Assembly (NCBI RefSeq): GCF_006345805.1
Contig: NC_043019.1
Span: forward strand, 31,123,360-31,187,359
Direction of reading: 5' to 3'
From: Octopus sinensis
Lineage: Eukaryota
Length of the DNA stretch: 64,000 nucleotides
Shown here: in pieces, positions 50,067 through 61,258 of the stretch
Layout: each line of letters begins with the position of its first letter
Numbering within the stretch: position 1 is the stretch's first letter
Made by a program: the position numbers and the translations under genes
Notes under the pieces: generated by a model
Databases searched by the model: none
Seen by the model: the letters and a program-made list of their open reading frames with translations, nothing else
What the model was told of the DNA's origin: nothing

Positions 50067-50068
<2 letters not shown>
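49861..50068 (+). mobile_element. 5'-truncated copy of the 21862-22420 element within (AAT)n
   Basis: Near-identical to 22195-22410. Confidence 0.8.
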
Positions 50069-50097
<29 letters not shown>

Positions 50098-50121
50098 TAA
50101 ATAATAATAATAATAATAATA

Positions 50122-50166
<45 letters not shown>

Positions 50167-50559
50167 CAATAATAATAACAACAACACAATAATAATAATG
50201 TTGGATTGCACAAGACTGTTTGTATAAACATTTGTTCGGTCTGGTGAACTTGGATTATTTAGAAACTAAATTACCCAGAGACGCCATCTGCATGGAAGAC
50301 AATAAAACAAATGTTAAGTTAGTGAGTGGCACAGTTTGAATTGGAACTATATACAAGGACTTGAGTAAATATTGTAAGATATTTAGTCTGGTGCATTATC
50401 ATTTCTTTAGACTTCAGAAAGAAGAAATCAATATCAACCAATCATGTCGTTGCATTATAATGTGTAAATAGCTCCGTTGAGTGACCAGGAGATGAAGAAG
50501 GCAGGGGCTGTATTAATTAAATGTCTATTGGATATTTCCTTTTAGGACAGCCTCACCCA

Positions 50560-51050
50560 CTTTGTCTGTCAGTCTGTCTGTCTGTCTGTCTGTCTGTCTG
50601 CCTGTTTGTTTGCCTGTCTGTCTGTCTTCCTCACTATCTCTTTCTCTCTTCTTTTCTTTGTTTTTCTCTCGTAACTTTTCTTTTCCTTGCAACTCTGCTT
50701 TTTCAGCGCATAACTTTCTGTCTCTCTGTCTCTCTGTCTCTCTGTTTCTCTCCCTCTTATGCTGCCTCTCTCTCTCTTTTTCTCTCCCCTTATACTTACC
50801 TCTCTCTTTCTTCCTCTCTCTCCCTTTCTCTCCCTCTTATACTTGCCTCTCTCTCTCACTTTCTCTCCCTCTTATACTTGCCTCTCTCTCTCACTTTCTC
50901 TCCCTCTTATACTTGCCTCTCTCTTTCTTCCTCTCTCTCCCCTCCTCTCCCCTTCTATTCCCACTTCCCCTCTCCCTCTTCCCCCTTCCGATCTCTCCAC
51001 CTCTCCCTCTCTCCATCCCTGTCCCTCCTCTCTCTCCTCCTCCATCACAT
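50560..51050. repeat. (TCTG)n plus CT-rich tract containing a roughly 35-bp minisatellite (TCTCTCCCTCTTATACTTGCCTCTCTCTCTCACTT)
   Basis: Directly visible, about five units at 50750-50940. Confidence 0.85.
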
Positions 51051-51683
51051 AAGTCAATCTACCTGCAACAAAGCCGTTTGTTGTCTCTAACAGGCCATCA
51101 TTGATCTGTTCAACAAGTCAGTGTCACAACATAAACCATGTCAATCATTCGTTTGTACATCTTGTAAGGAAGAATCACACAGAAAGGTTTACGGCTGCCT
51201 CCACTTCGACAAACACAGCCATACATTAACACACATGCGCGCGCATCTCTCTCTCTCTCTCACGCTCTGTTTCTCTCTCCTTCTTTCTCTCTCTCTCGCT
51301 ATCTATCTGTGTGATGTCTGTATATGAGGGTGTGTTTATGTGTCAGTATATTTGTATGTATGTACATGATATTTGTATGTATGTGTGTATGTATGTGTGG
51401 TATATATATATATATATATACGTTTATATATTTGTTGTGCAAGATTTTTTATATATATATATATACATATATATGTATGTATATATACATACATACATAT
51501 ATATATATATATGTATACATATATATATGTATGTATATATACATACATATATGGCTGCAAGTGAGTGTCAATATATTTGTATGTGTGCATGTATGTGTAT
51601 CTATATGTATCTTTATCTATATACATATATATATATACACAAACATACATACATACATATATACATATAAATATATATTTATA

Positions 51684-51718
<35 letters not shown>

Positions 51719-51882
51719 TTTTTTTGTGAATTCTCCCTACATATATATATATACAGGTGTATAAGGTTGAATGTGGATTCGTCCTTTAATTGGAGGTTTC
51801 CAAATAATACTTCTGATGTTGATTCTTCATACTTTGCTGGGAGTTTACAGATGTAAATTTGCGAAGATATGAAAGTAGTACT

Positions 51883-52181
51883 TGTATATAATGTATTCAG
51901 AATTAATGGAATGGAGTTCTATAAATCTCAACAATTTTGCTAAAAATGGAGGAGATAAGTTGTTAAAATTCATAAGAAGTTTAATTCTTGCAGACAATCA
52001 TTTTGTACAGAGATATGATAATAATGTAAATTCATTAAAATATTTTATTATTATATCTATGTAAAAAACAATTGTCTGCAAGAATTGAATTTCTTATGAA
52101 TTTTAACAACTTGTATCCTCTATTTTTAACAAAATTGATCAGATTAATGGAACTTCATTCTAGAAATTCATCATATATCAT

Positions 52182-52186
<5 letters not shown>
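51883..52186. mobile_element. Diverged foldback/MITE-like element with arms of about 130 bp
   Basis: The left arm aligns to the reverse complement of the right arm, e.g. AAGTTGTTAAAATTCATAAGAA...AATTCTTGCAGACAAT. Confidence 0.75.
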
Positions 52187-52228
<42 letters not shown>

Positions 52229-52481
52229 CATATATATACATATATACATATAGATAAACTGTTTGTGCCATTTATTTCATGGGCTCCTCGTGAGCTTTTG
52301 TCGAAAAGCTTGCTGTGCATTTTGTTGGAGAATTAAGTTCCTGGATTTTCCTGAAGAGAAGGCTGCAAAATGGACTCCTTATTCAATCTGTATTAGGGAC
52401 TTTGCAGCCTTCGTAACATATGTAGAAAATAATAAAAAGGAATTTTGTTAAATCTTCATTCAGCTCCATTTCTTCCTACAC

Positions 52482-52520
<39 letters not shown>

Positions 52521-52624
52521 TCATATAGGGTGGCAAGGAAAATTTGTAGAATTTATTGCCACCAGCGGCCCAGCGGGAAAAAAATTAAATAGTCATAGAC
52601 CATTTTAAGTTCAACATTAACAAT

Positions 52625-52764
52625 TAAGGAACGGCCATAATAGGCCATTCACCCACTAGAAATAACAGCCAAAGCTTCTACCGCAAATAAATTGATCTTT
52701 ATTTGCGGTAGAAGCTTTGGCTGTTATTTCTAGTGGGTGAATGGCCTATTATGGCCGTTCCTTA
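52625..52764. repeat. Perfect 67-bp-arm hairpin palindrome with 6-nt loop
   Basis: 52625-52691 is the exact reverse complement of 52698-52764. Confidence 0.95.
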
Positions 52765-52894
52765 TATATATATATATTATATATATATATATATTATATA
52801 TATATATGTGTATAATAATAATAATATTAGGGAGTATATCCAAACTTACAGAGAAAAATTAGATTTAGGATTAAATCAAATTTCACAGTATAAA

Positions 52895-52987
52895 TATAAA
52901 TTAAATTAGAGATAAAACCACTATTAGGCAACTCAAACAGTGAAAGACATAAACCAAAACATAAAAAACATAAAAACAATATATATA

Positions 52988-53035
<48 letters not shown>

Positions 53036-53119
53036 TCATTTTTTGTTTTTTATGTTTTGGTTTATGTCTTTCACTGTTTGAGTTGCCTAATAGTGGTTTT
53101 ATCTCTAATTTAATTTATA
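52895..53119. repeat. 76-bp perfect inverted repeat separated by a (TA)n-rich spacer
   Basis: 52895-52970 versus the reverse complement of 53044-53119; the same sequence family occurs at 19264-19345 and 36820-36905. Confidence 0.9.
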
Positions 53120-53160
53120 CGTATATATATATAATTTATATATATATATATGTATATATT

Positions 53161-53515
53161 GTTATATTTCAGAATGGCTATTTTGCCAGTTTAGCCAATA
53201 AAAACACACACACTATATTTTTGGTGTTACTTTGCTTCAGTGTTATTCATTTTTTACATTAATCTTAATCTTATTTCAGCCAGAGTTCTTTCGTCACACT
53301 CCTGTGACTGCTTCAGTGGTCCTTTGTTTTCTTCTTTCTTATTTGTGTCTCTCCTTACTAACTGTCAGCCATTTTGTATTTGTATTGTATGTCTTCATTT
53401 GCGCATGCTTATATCTCTATGTGCGTCTATGTTTATTTAGTGTGTGTGTGTGTGGGGGGGGATGCCTGTAACATTTATTGGCTAAACTGGCAAAATGACC
53501 ATTCCGAAATATAAC
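53161..53515. repeat. 42-bp inverted repeat enclosing a hammerhead motif
   Basis: 53161-53202 versus 53474-53515, with about three mismatches. Confidence 0.85.
53280..53319 (-). ncRNA. Minimal type I hammerhead ribozyme, one core substitution
   Basis: Minus strand: CCA CTGAAGCA GTCAC AGGAGT GTGAC GAAAG AA CTC TGG. It has a 3-bp stem I, 5-bp stem II, 2-bp stem III and a CUC triplet. Confidence 0.6.
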
Positions 53516-53711
53516 AATATCTGTTTCAACACACGACTTCACATAAAAAATCTTGCACAACAAATATATAAACGTATATATATATATCTCCATATATACA
53601 GAGAGATGGAAAGAAAGAAGAAAAAAGAAGCATAAAAGTTCATAGTTCAACTTACCAACATTATAGAAACAAGAACATAAGTCCTTAGGTGCAATACGGT
53701 GTAGATATATA

Positions 53712-53935
53712 TTGAAGATGAAAGGAAAGGTCTATAGGAGTTGCGTGAGAGCTGTAATGCTGTATGGGAGTGAGGCATGGTGTTTGAGGGAGAGAGAGAT
53801 GGTAATTTGGAGAAAGACTGAGAGAGCAATGGTGAGAGAAATGTGTGACATGAGGTTGTTTGATAAGAGAGGGACTAAGGACTTGATGGGGATGCTGGGG
53901 TTGGAGGAATCAGTGGAATGGCTGGCAAGCGCGAA
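53712..53935 (+). mobile_element. RTE-X internal fragment
   Basis: KGKVYRSCVRAVMLYGSEAW...TERAMVREMC, homologous to MLHGSETW...NEASMLRWMC. Confidence 0.8.
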
Positions 53936-54270
53936 TGTTCCAAGTTCAGTCCCACTGAGTGGCACCTTGGACAAGTGTCTTCTACTATAGCCTCGGGCCG
54001 ACCAAAGCTTTGTATGTGTATTTGGTAGATGGAAACTAAAAGAAGCTCATGTGTGTGTATATGTATGTTTGTGTGTCTATGTTTGTCCCCCCAATATCAC
54101 CTGACAACAGATGCTGGTGTGTTTACTTAGTCCCTGTAACTTAGTGGTTCAACAAAAGACACCGATAGAATAAGTACTAGGCTTACAAAGAATGAGTCCT
54201 GGGGTCGATTTCTTCGACTAAAGCCAGTGCTCCAGCATGGCCACAGTCAACTGACTGAAACAAGTAGGTA
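53936..54270 (+). mobile_element. SINE family A, 5'-truncated, fused to the RTE-X fragment
   Basis: GTTCAGTCCCACTG...GACTGAAACAAGTA. Confidence 0.85.
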
Positions 54271-54841
54271 AAGTAAGTAAGTATATATATGTACGACAGG
54301 CTCCTTTCAGTTTCCAATATCAAATCTCTCACAAGGCTTTGGTCAGCCTAAGGCCATTGTAGAAGACACTTGCACAAGATGCCACACAGTGGGACCGAAC
54401 CCAGAACTATGTGGTTGGGAAGGAAGCTTCTTACCACAAGGCCATGCTTTCACTTATATGTATATGTACACGCGTGTATACATATATATATGTGTGTGTA
54501 TGTATGTCAACTAAAAAAGCTAGTTTAGAAAAACTTCATCTCTCCCAAATGTCACACTGTTGGATTTAACTGGGGACCTCAAGATTGTAAAGTAAATTTG
54601 TTAACCACATGGCTATCCATGATCGATACATGTGCATATATGCACAGACAGAGACTGTTTTAGTGTGACAAGAAAGAGCAGCAGTAGTCGCAGTAGCAGT
54701 GACATCAACAGTCATCAAGAACAGAAATAACAATGACAACTGATAACAATAACAACAACAACAACAACAGCAACAATGATGACAACGATGATGATGATGA
54801 TGATGATGATGATTACAATAACAATAACAATATCAATAATG

Positions 54842-54885
<44 letters not shown>

Positions 54886-56281
54886 CATTGTAAATGTTCA
54901 ATAAATATATAAGTCAAATAATTCAATATTGAAGATACAAAGGAAGACTTCTAGGATTGTTACAACATGTACAGACATGCATCTCTCTCTCCTCATCAAC
55001 CTACGCTCTTTCTCTCTCTAACTCACACACTCTTCCTTGACTCCTTTCCAGCCCAAACCAATGAGAGAGCCTTTGTGTGGTCCCTCAACTTGCCAGAAAT
55101 AACAATCATGGCCAACAAGTGGCCTGTGGGACTTCTTGAATGGCAACGCTTGCCAAACAAAAAATATGACCTTGAATTAGTTTTGTAAGTGTGGCCCTCT
55201 GATAATGAACTAAGTCTCATGTGGCCCACTCCTCGAAAAGGATTGTCCATGCCTGCTCTAAAGTCTTAGAAAAAGAAATAATGGTATAATGTGGTCCTAT
55301 GTTCCTTGCTCATATAAAAACGACTGGATAGTCATGGTTGGAATGTCTTTGATCACAGCTGTGACGTGTTAAGGCTGACCTGGGACTAATTAACAACACC
55401 CTTCATCCAGACAATTTAGTCTCTCCTTCCCTCCATCTGACCCATCTTGACCTTTATTTCAATGACCCCCACCCCAGCCTCATGTCCTTGTTCACTTTAC
55501 CCTACCTTTACACCACCTCTTGCCCTCCACCCCACCCCATCCCAACAAACAGTCAGATAAAAGATATACATGGGTAAATATTGATATGTCACCATGTCAA
55601 CCAAATATGAGCTGTAAGAAACGTATGTGCATAAAAGACACAGTATCTGGCCTCTGTGTGTGTGTGTGTGTGTGTGTACATATGCATGTGTGCATGTGCG
55701 TATGTATGTGTGTATGTGTGCGTGTGTGTGTATGTGCGTGTGTGCGCATGTTTGTGTGTATGTGTGTGTGCATGTGTGTACATGTGTATGTGTGTGTGTC
55801 TATGTGCATGTGTGTGTATGTGCATGTGTGTGTGTATGTGTGTATGTCCCTGTGTGACAATAGAGCTTATTCATGCTCTCACCAAACTTTCTCAATTTCT
55901 CTACCTTTGTCTACAAGGAAAATTCCTTGCACATGGTTTAGTGGTAAGGGTATTTGGCTCTCCTCCACAGCCAATCAATTCTAGTGTGCCATGGACTTCA
56001 GTTTTGTTCTCACTGACTCTTACTCCGATACGTCAATAATCTATCTGCTGTCATGAGCAATGCCTACATCTACACAGCTGAGACTATGCTCCATTTCTTC
56101 TTCACAAAAATATCAACAACATCACCCGAATGCAATCCAGGTATCTCAAACCAAACCTGTACAGTTTCAATGAAATGCAACCTTAAAAACCTCCCTTTTT
56201 GAAGTCATGCCAATTTTGTCTCCTTTGACAAAGACACAATCTATTTTGGAAGTTTTCAGCACGCTTGAGCAGAGTTGGATT

Positions 56282-56323
56282 ACTTCCGGTAGGCTGCTGG
56301 AAGTTCCCTCATGCGCATGCGCA
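56282..56323. promoter_or_regulatory. Candidate housekeeping-type promoter: ETS motif plus NRF1 palindrome
   Basis: ACTTCCGG at 56282-56289 and TGCGCATGCGCA at 56312-56323, in non-repetitive and relatively CpG-rich sequence. Confidence 0.35.
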
Positions 56324-57139
56324 GAGAACTGCCATCAGAAAGTTTTCTCACTAGATCTGTCTTTTAGAAGCTGCAGCCAAATCGAGTGGACACAACTCAA
56401 CCTTCTCTCAAAGGAAACCCAACACGTAGAGAAGCCCCCTTCTATGTGGGAACAGGGACAGCATTTTGGCTCACAAATTTAACTATTGTGCATAGTTTTA
56501 TGGCCTTGGCTACCGGTTCGCCCTGAAGAAGATATATGTGTATATATTTTTATTCGCGAATCCTGACAAAAATAAAATATTATTTATTGCTGTTGAAGAT
56601 AGTCGAAGTTTTGGTTTTCCTTTTGACATAATTGAATGTAACAGGATAAGTCCAGCACCCCTCAAGTGTTCCAGAGACCTTCATCCTGTTACAACTACAT
56701 TTATTGTGTTCAAATTTTGGAACAAGGTCAGAAATTTTGGGGAGTGGGTTAAGCCAACTACATCGACCCCCAGGGATCAACTGGTACTTATTTTATCAAC
56801 TCCGAAAGGATGAAAGACAAAGTCAAACTTCGTGGGATTTGAACTCTATGAGAAGACAGGTAGAAGCAAACTTCTTGCCACAAAGCCATGCCTGCTTAGC
56901 AGCATTTCATCCATCTTCATGTACTGAGTTCAAATTTTGCTGAGGTTGACTTTGCTTTTCATGCTTCCAGTTTCAATAAAATAGTTGAGCCCTGGGTTCA
57001 ATGTAATCAACTTAACCCCTTCCTTGAAATGACTGACTCTGTACCAAAATGGTAAACCAATTTTTTCTACAAACCAATTGTTAGTCACGGAGTGTGGTAT
57101 TTACTATATACTGGTTATCAGTGTGTAGTGTAATATATT

Positions 57140-57575
57140 CTTTTCTTCTCTAGACACAAGGCCCAAAACTTTTTGGGAGGGTGCCAGTCGATAATATCGA
57201 CCCGATTATGCAACAGGTACTTAATTTATCAATGCTGAAAGGATGAAAGGCAAAGTCAACCTCAACAGAATTTGAACTCAGAACATAGAGACAGACGAAA
57301 TACCACTGAGCATTTCGCCCATTGTGCTAACGTTTCTTCCAGCTCACCACCTTTAATATTCTTTTCTACTCTAGGTACAAGCCTGAAATTCTTTGGGAGG
57401 GGGCCAGTTGATTAGATCGGCCCCACTATGCAATTGGTACTTAATCTATCGACTCTGAAAGAATGAAAGGCAAAGCTGGCATCAATGGAATTTGAACTCA
57501 GAATTGTAAAGACATGAAATACCACTAAGCATTTCGCCCAGCATGAGAATGTTTCTGCAAGTTCGCTGCTTTTAA
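57140..57575 (-). mobile_element. Two tandem SINE family B copies
   Basis: Two CORE-like blocks with heads at about 57350 and 57570. Confidence 0.8.
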
Positions 57576-57718
57576 TATTCTTTGTTTTGTTCTTGATGTT
57601 CTTCAGGTAAAAATGTCAAAGTGTCAGTCAGGTTGACATACGTGTATGTGTGTCTTCGCGTGAAAGTATGTGTATATGTACATGTATGTGTGAGTGTATG
57701 TGTGTGTTCGTGTGTGTG

Positions 57719-57753
<35 letters not shown>

Positions 57754-58415
57754 TTTCCTTGGTATTTTTCATTTTAGCCAAAATATAAAATACCAACAAA
57801 TTCCAACATTTCAGACAGTATATCCTCATCATAACATTAACTTATTTTATATTTTATTTTGTCAAAACGTAATCATCAAGGATTTATAAAACTGCCATCT
57901 CGTTAAAAAAACAAAACAAAAAACAAAAAAAAAAAATCAACCAAACAAAACAAACAAACAAAAATAGTTATATTATATGTGTATCAACAAAGAACAACGT
58001 TTCGGTTTATTCTTTGAATGAGATGTTCCGAGGGAAATACCATTTCTGTCATCGATTTTCTATGTCTGTTTGTTGACTTACATTTCTTGATTAAGAGAAC
58101 AACGTAGAATTTATCAAAAACTACTCTGATGTAGAATAATTTAGTCTAGGAATTAAAAGTTAACATGTGCAGAATAAATAAATTTGAATGAGAAGACATA
58201 AGATGGGAAAATAATTACTACAAGCGGTGTTTTAAAGCGTAAGAGTGGGAAAGAAGTATGTTTTTGATTAAGTAGATTAACACATTGTATTATATCTTAT
58301 GACGAGACGTCTGTTTATGTATGCCTGCCAATAAATATTATCATTTCAGATTCTAAAACCAAGGTGTCACATGAAAAGCTCTGATGCTGGCACTACATAA
58401 AAAGCCCTGACTCAG

Positions 58416-58856
58416 TTACCAGTGCTTTTTACGTCACACCAGCTCCTGTGCTTTTTACCGGACACCATTACCAGTGATTTTTACCTGACACCATTACCAG
58501 TGCATTTTATGTGGCACCATTACCAGTGCTTTTTATGTCACACCAGCTCCTGTGCTTTTTACCGGACACCATTACCAGAGATTTTTACCTGACACCATTA
58601 CCAGTGCTTTTTACATGACACCATTACCAGTGCATTTTATGTGGCACCATTACCAGTGCTTTTTATGTCACACCAGCTCCTGTGCTTTTTACATGACACC
58701 ATTACCAGTGCATTTTACATGACACCATTACCAGTGCTTTTTATGTCACACCAGCTCCTGTGCTTTTTACCGGACACCATTACCAGAGATTTTTACCTGA
58801 CACCATTACCAGTGCTTTTTACATGACACCATTACCAGTGCTTTTTACACGACACC
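58416..58856. repeat. 26-bp minisatellite (GTGCTTTTTACATGACACCATTACCA), about 17 units with recurring variants
   Basis: Directly visible; the unit resembles the GTGCTTTTTACGTGCCACCGGCAC repeat of the RTE-X 3' UTR. Confidence 0.9.
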
Positions 58857-59051
58857 ATTTTTTATTTCTTTATTGCCCACAGGGGGCTAAACATAGAGGG
58901 GAAAAACAAGGACAGACAAACAGATTAAGTCGATTACATCGGCCTCAATGCATAACTGGTACTTATTTAAGCAATCAAAAAAGCCCTGGTGCTGGCACCA
59001 TGTAAAAGCACAGACTACAATTGTTTCATTGCTGAAACAATATTGCTTACA

Positions 59052-59278
59052 TATGAAGGGTTGCTGAAAGGTTCCTGGCCTTAATGGTATTGCTAAAGGC
59101 TTGGTTTGAGGCTCAAACTTCCAAGTTCTTTTACAGGGCTTAGAAAAAAACTGAAGGACCCCTGCAATAAGTGTGTGAATCTGAGAGGGGAATATGTTGA
59201 ATAAATACATAATTTACTGATGATCCTCATGCATTTTCTTTTACCCAGAGCCAGGAACATTTCAGTACGCACTTCTAG
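59052..59278 (+). mobile_element. Mariner-derived MITE, second copy
   Basis: Homologous to 26388-26610; interior GLEKxKDPCNKCVNLRGEYVE*. Confidence 0.75.
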
Positions 59279-59364
59279 CATACATAAAACCCGCTTAGCA
59301 TATCTTCAGGTTCTATTACTTTTAGGTTATTTACATTGTTATATGAGGATGGAGAAATGATTTA

Positions 59365-60000
59365 TTCTTTTACTCTTTTACTTATTTCAGTAATTTGACT
59401 GCAGCCATGCTGGAGCACCACCTTTAGCCAAAGAAATCGACCCCAGGACTTATTCTTTGTAAGCCTAGTACTTATTCTATTGGTCTCTTTTGCCGAACTG
59501 CTAAGTTACGGGCATGTAAACACACCAGCATCAGTTGTCAGGTGATGTTGGGGGACAAACTCAGACACATAAACATATACGCACACATACATGCATATAT
59601 ATATATATGAAACGGGCTTCTTTCAGTTTCCATCTACCAAATCCACTCACAAGGCTTTGGTCAGCCCGAGGCTATAGTAGAAGGCACTTGCCCAAAGTGC
59701 CATGCAGTGGGACTGAACCCGAAACCATGTACTTGGTAAGCAAGGTACTTACCTATTTCTTTACTAAACACAGAGAGGACAAACAAGGACAGAGAAATGG
59801 ATTAAGTCGATTATATCGACCCCCGTGCATAACTGGTACTTATTTAATCAACCCTGAAAGGATGAAAGTGAAAGGCAAAGTCGACCTCAGCAGAATTTGA
59901 ACTCAGAACGTAGCGGCAGACGAAATACCTCTAAGCATTTCACCTGGTGTGCTAACGTTTCTGCCAACTCACCACTTACCATACAGCCACTCCTGTGCCT
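59365..60000 (-). mobile_element. SINE family A with a family B copy (59751-59978) nested in its head
   Basis: The head is split at CTTACC, which recurs on both sides of the insert. Confidence 0.8.
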
Positions 60001-60542
60001 ATTTATGAAATTAGTCACAGCATGAGTGGCAAGTTAAAAACAAAACACATAATCAAAATTAAATCACCAAGTAGAAGTAATAATTAGTTGGTATACCACC
60101 CTAAAAGGAAACAAAAAGAGTATGTTTATAGATGTCATAAAGTTATAGGAGAATGATGCTAGGTAGATGGGTAGAGAAGGTGGGGTATACTAAAGAGATT
60201 AGGGGGGATAAGAGATTAGGAGACTAAAGAGATTAGGTGGGGCAATAAAATTCTTTACACTTTGGCACTGGAGAGATGGTAGGAGAGGAAAAATTGATAA
60301 TAGTGTATTGAGTAAAAGTTCTCGTTAGCAAACAGATAAATTATTGGAACAATTTAACGAACGAGTAATAAGACATCCAAAGAGTAATAGATGCCACCTG
60401 TAGAATTTATGTGAGAAAAAAATGCATATACATATACACACACACACTTATATATATATATACATATACATACATACATACATACACATACATATACATA
60501 CATATATACATATACATACACAAACATACACAGTTATATATA

Positions 60543-61240
60543 TATATATAAGTTTTATTCTATATTATCGCAGCGCACGTGCACCAATCCATTTATGTTT
60601 GTCATATCTCCACTATTGCACGATGTCTTCTACTTTAAACTTCCCCTTCATCATCCACCATTGCTTCTTCCTCAAGGAATTTTGGCGCCTCTTTACCAAG
60701 CTATTTTGGCGCCCCTTCCTCTCACCCTCTTTAATTCTTTCTTTCTCTCTCTCTCTCTTGGTCATTTCTCGGCCCTCCTCAATCCCCCCTCTCTCTTTCT
60801 CTCTCACCTTCTTGCAAACCTACTACTGCTAAGCCATTCCACCGCTGGCAGCCGTTCGTACAACACGTCTTCTCTACCGAAAAGGTAACCACTTCCCACG
60901 CTGCTGATCAATTGTTTTGTCTCATTTTGTCTCAAAGTCGTATGACGCCCCCGTATCATTCCTGTTTTTATTCGTTACTGTAAATTTTATCTTCGTCTCT
61001 TGTTTTCCTGTTCGTCTCGGTTGTCACATTCTTTCCTTCTACCAAGCAAATCTAATGCCCATAGCTTAGCTTTTGCCTTGGGGCTGGCCTTTTCGGAGCA
61101 AATCTCAGAATTAAACAGCCGAAATTTGCCATGATGAATCGGTTTCTGACTGAAGAATGAAGGCTCTGAATTACTGTCCGTTTTTCCGTGTTTGTCAATT
61201 CGTGAATTTCACGTCCTTTATATATAAGTTTTATTCTATA
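60543..61240 (+). mobile_element. About 680-bp non-coding element bounded by a 22-bp direct repeat; PLE-terminal-like
   Basis: TATATATAAGTTTTATTCTATA at 60543-60564 and 61219-61240; the 3' part is homologous to 18150-18300 and includes TGACTGAAGA. Confidence 0.55.
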
Positions 61241-61258
61241 TATATATATATATATATA

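Noticed and set aside
58082-58125. Additional minus-strand exon candidates here and at 45180-45199, 45341-45435 and 51077-51119
   Set aside because: Splice-like signals are present, but such matches are frequent by chance in AT-rich DNA and they cannot be linked confidently.
58416-58856. CRISPR-like array
   Set aside because: The units are contiguous with no unique spacers, the context is eukaryotic and there are no cas genes; it is a minisatellite.
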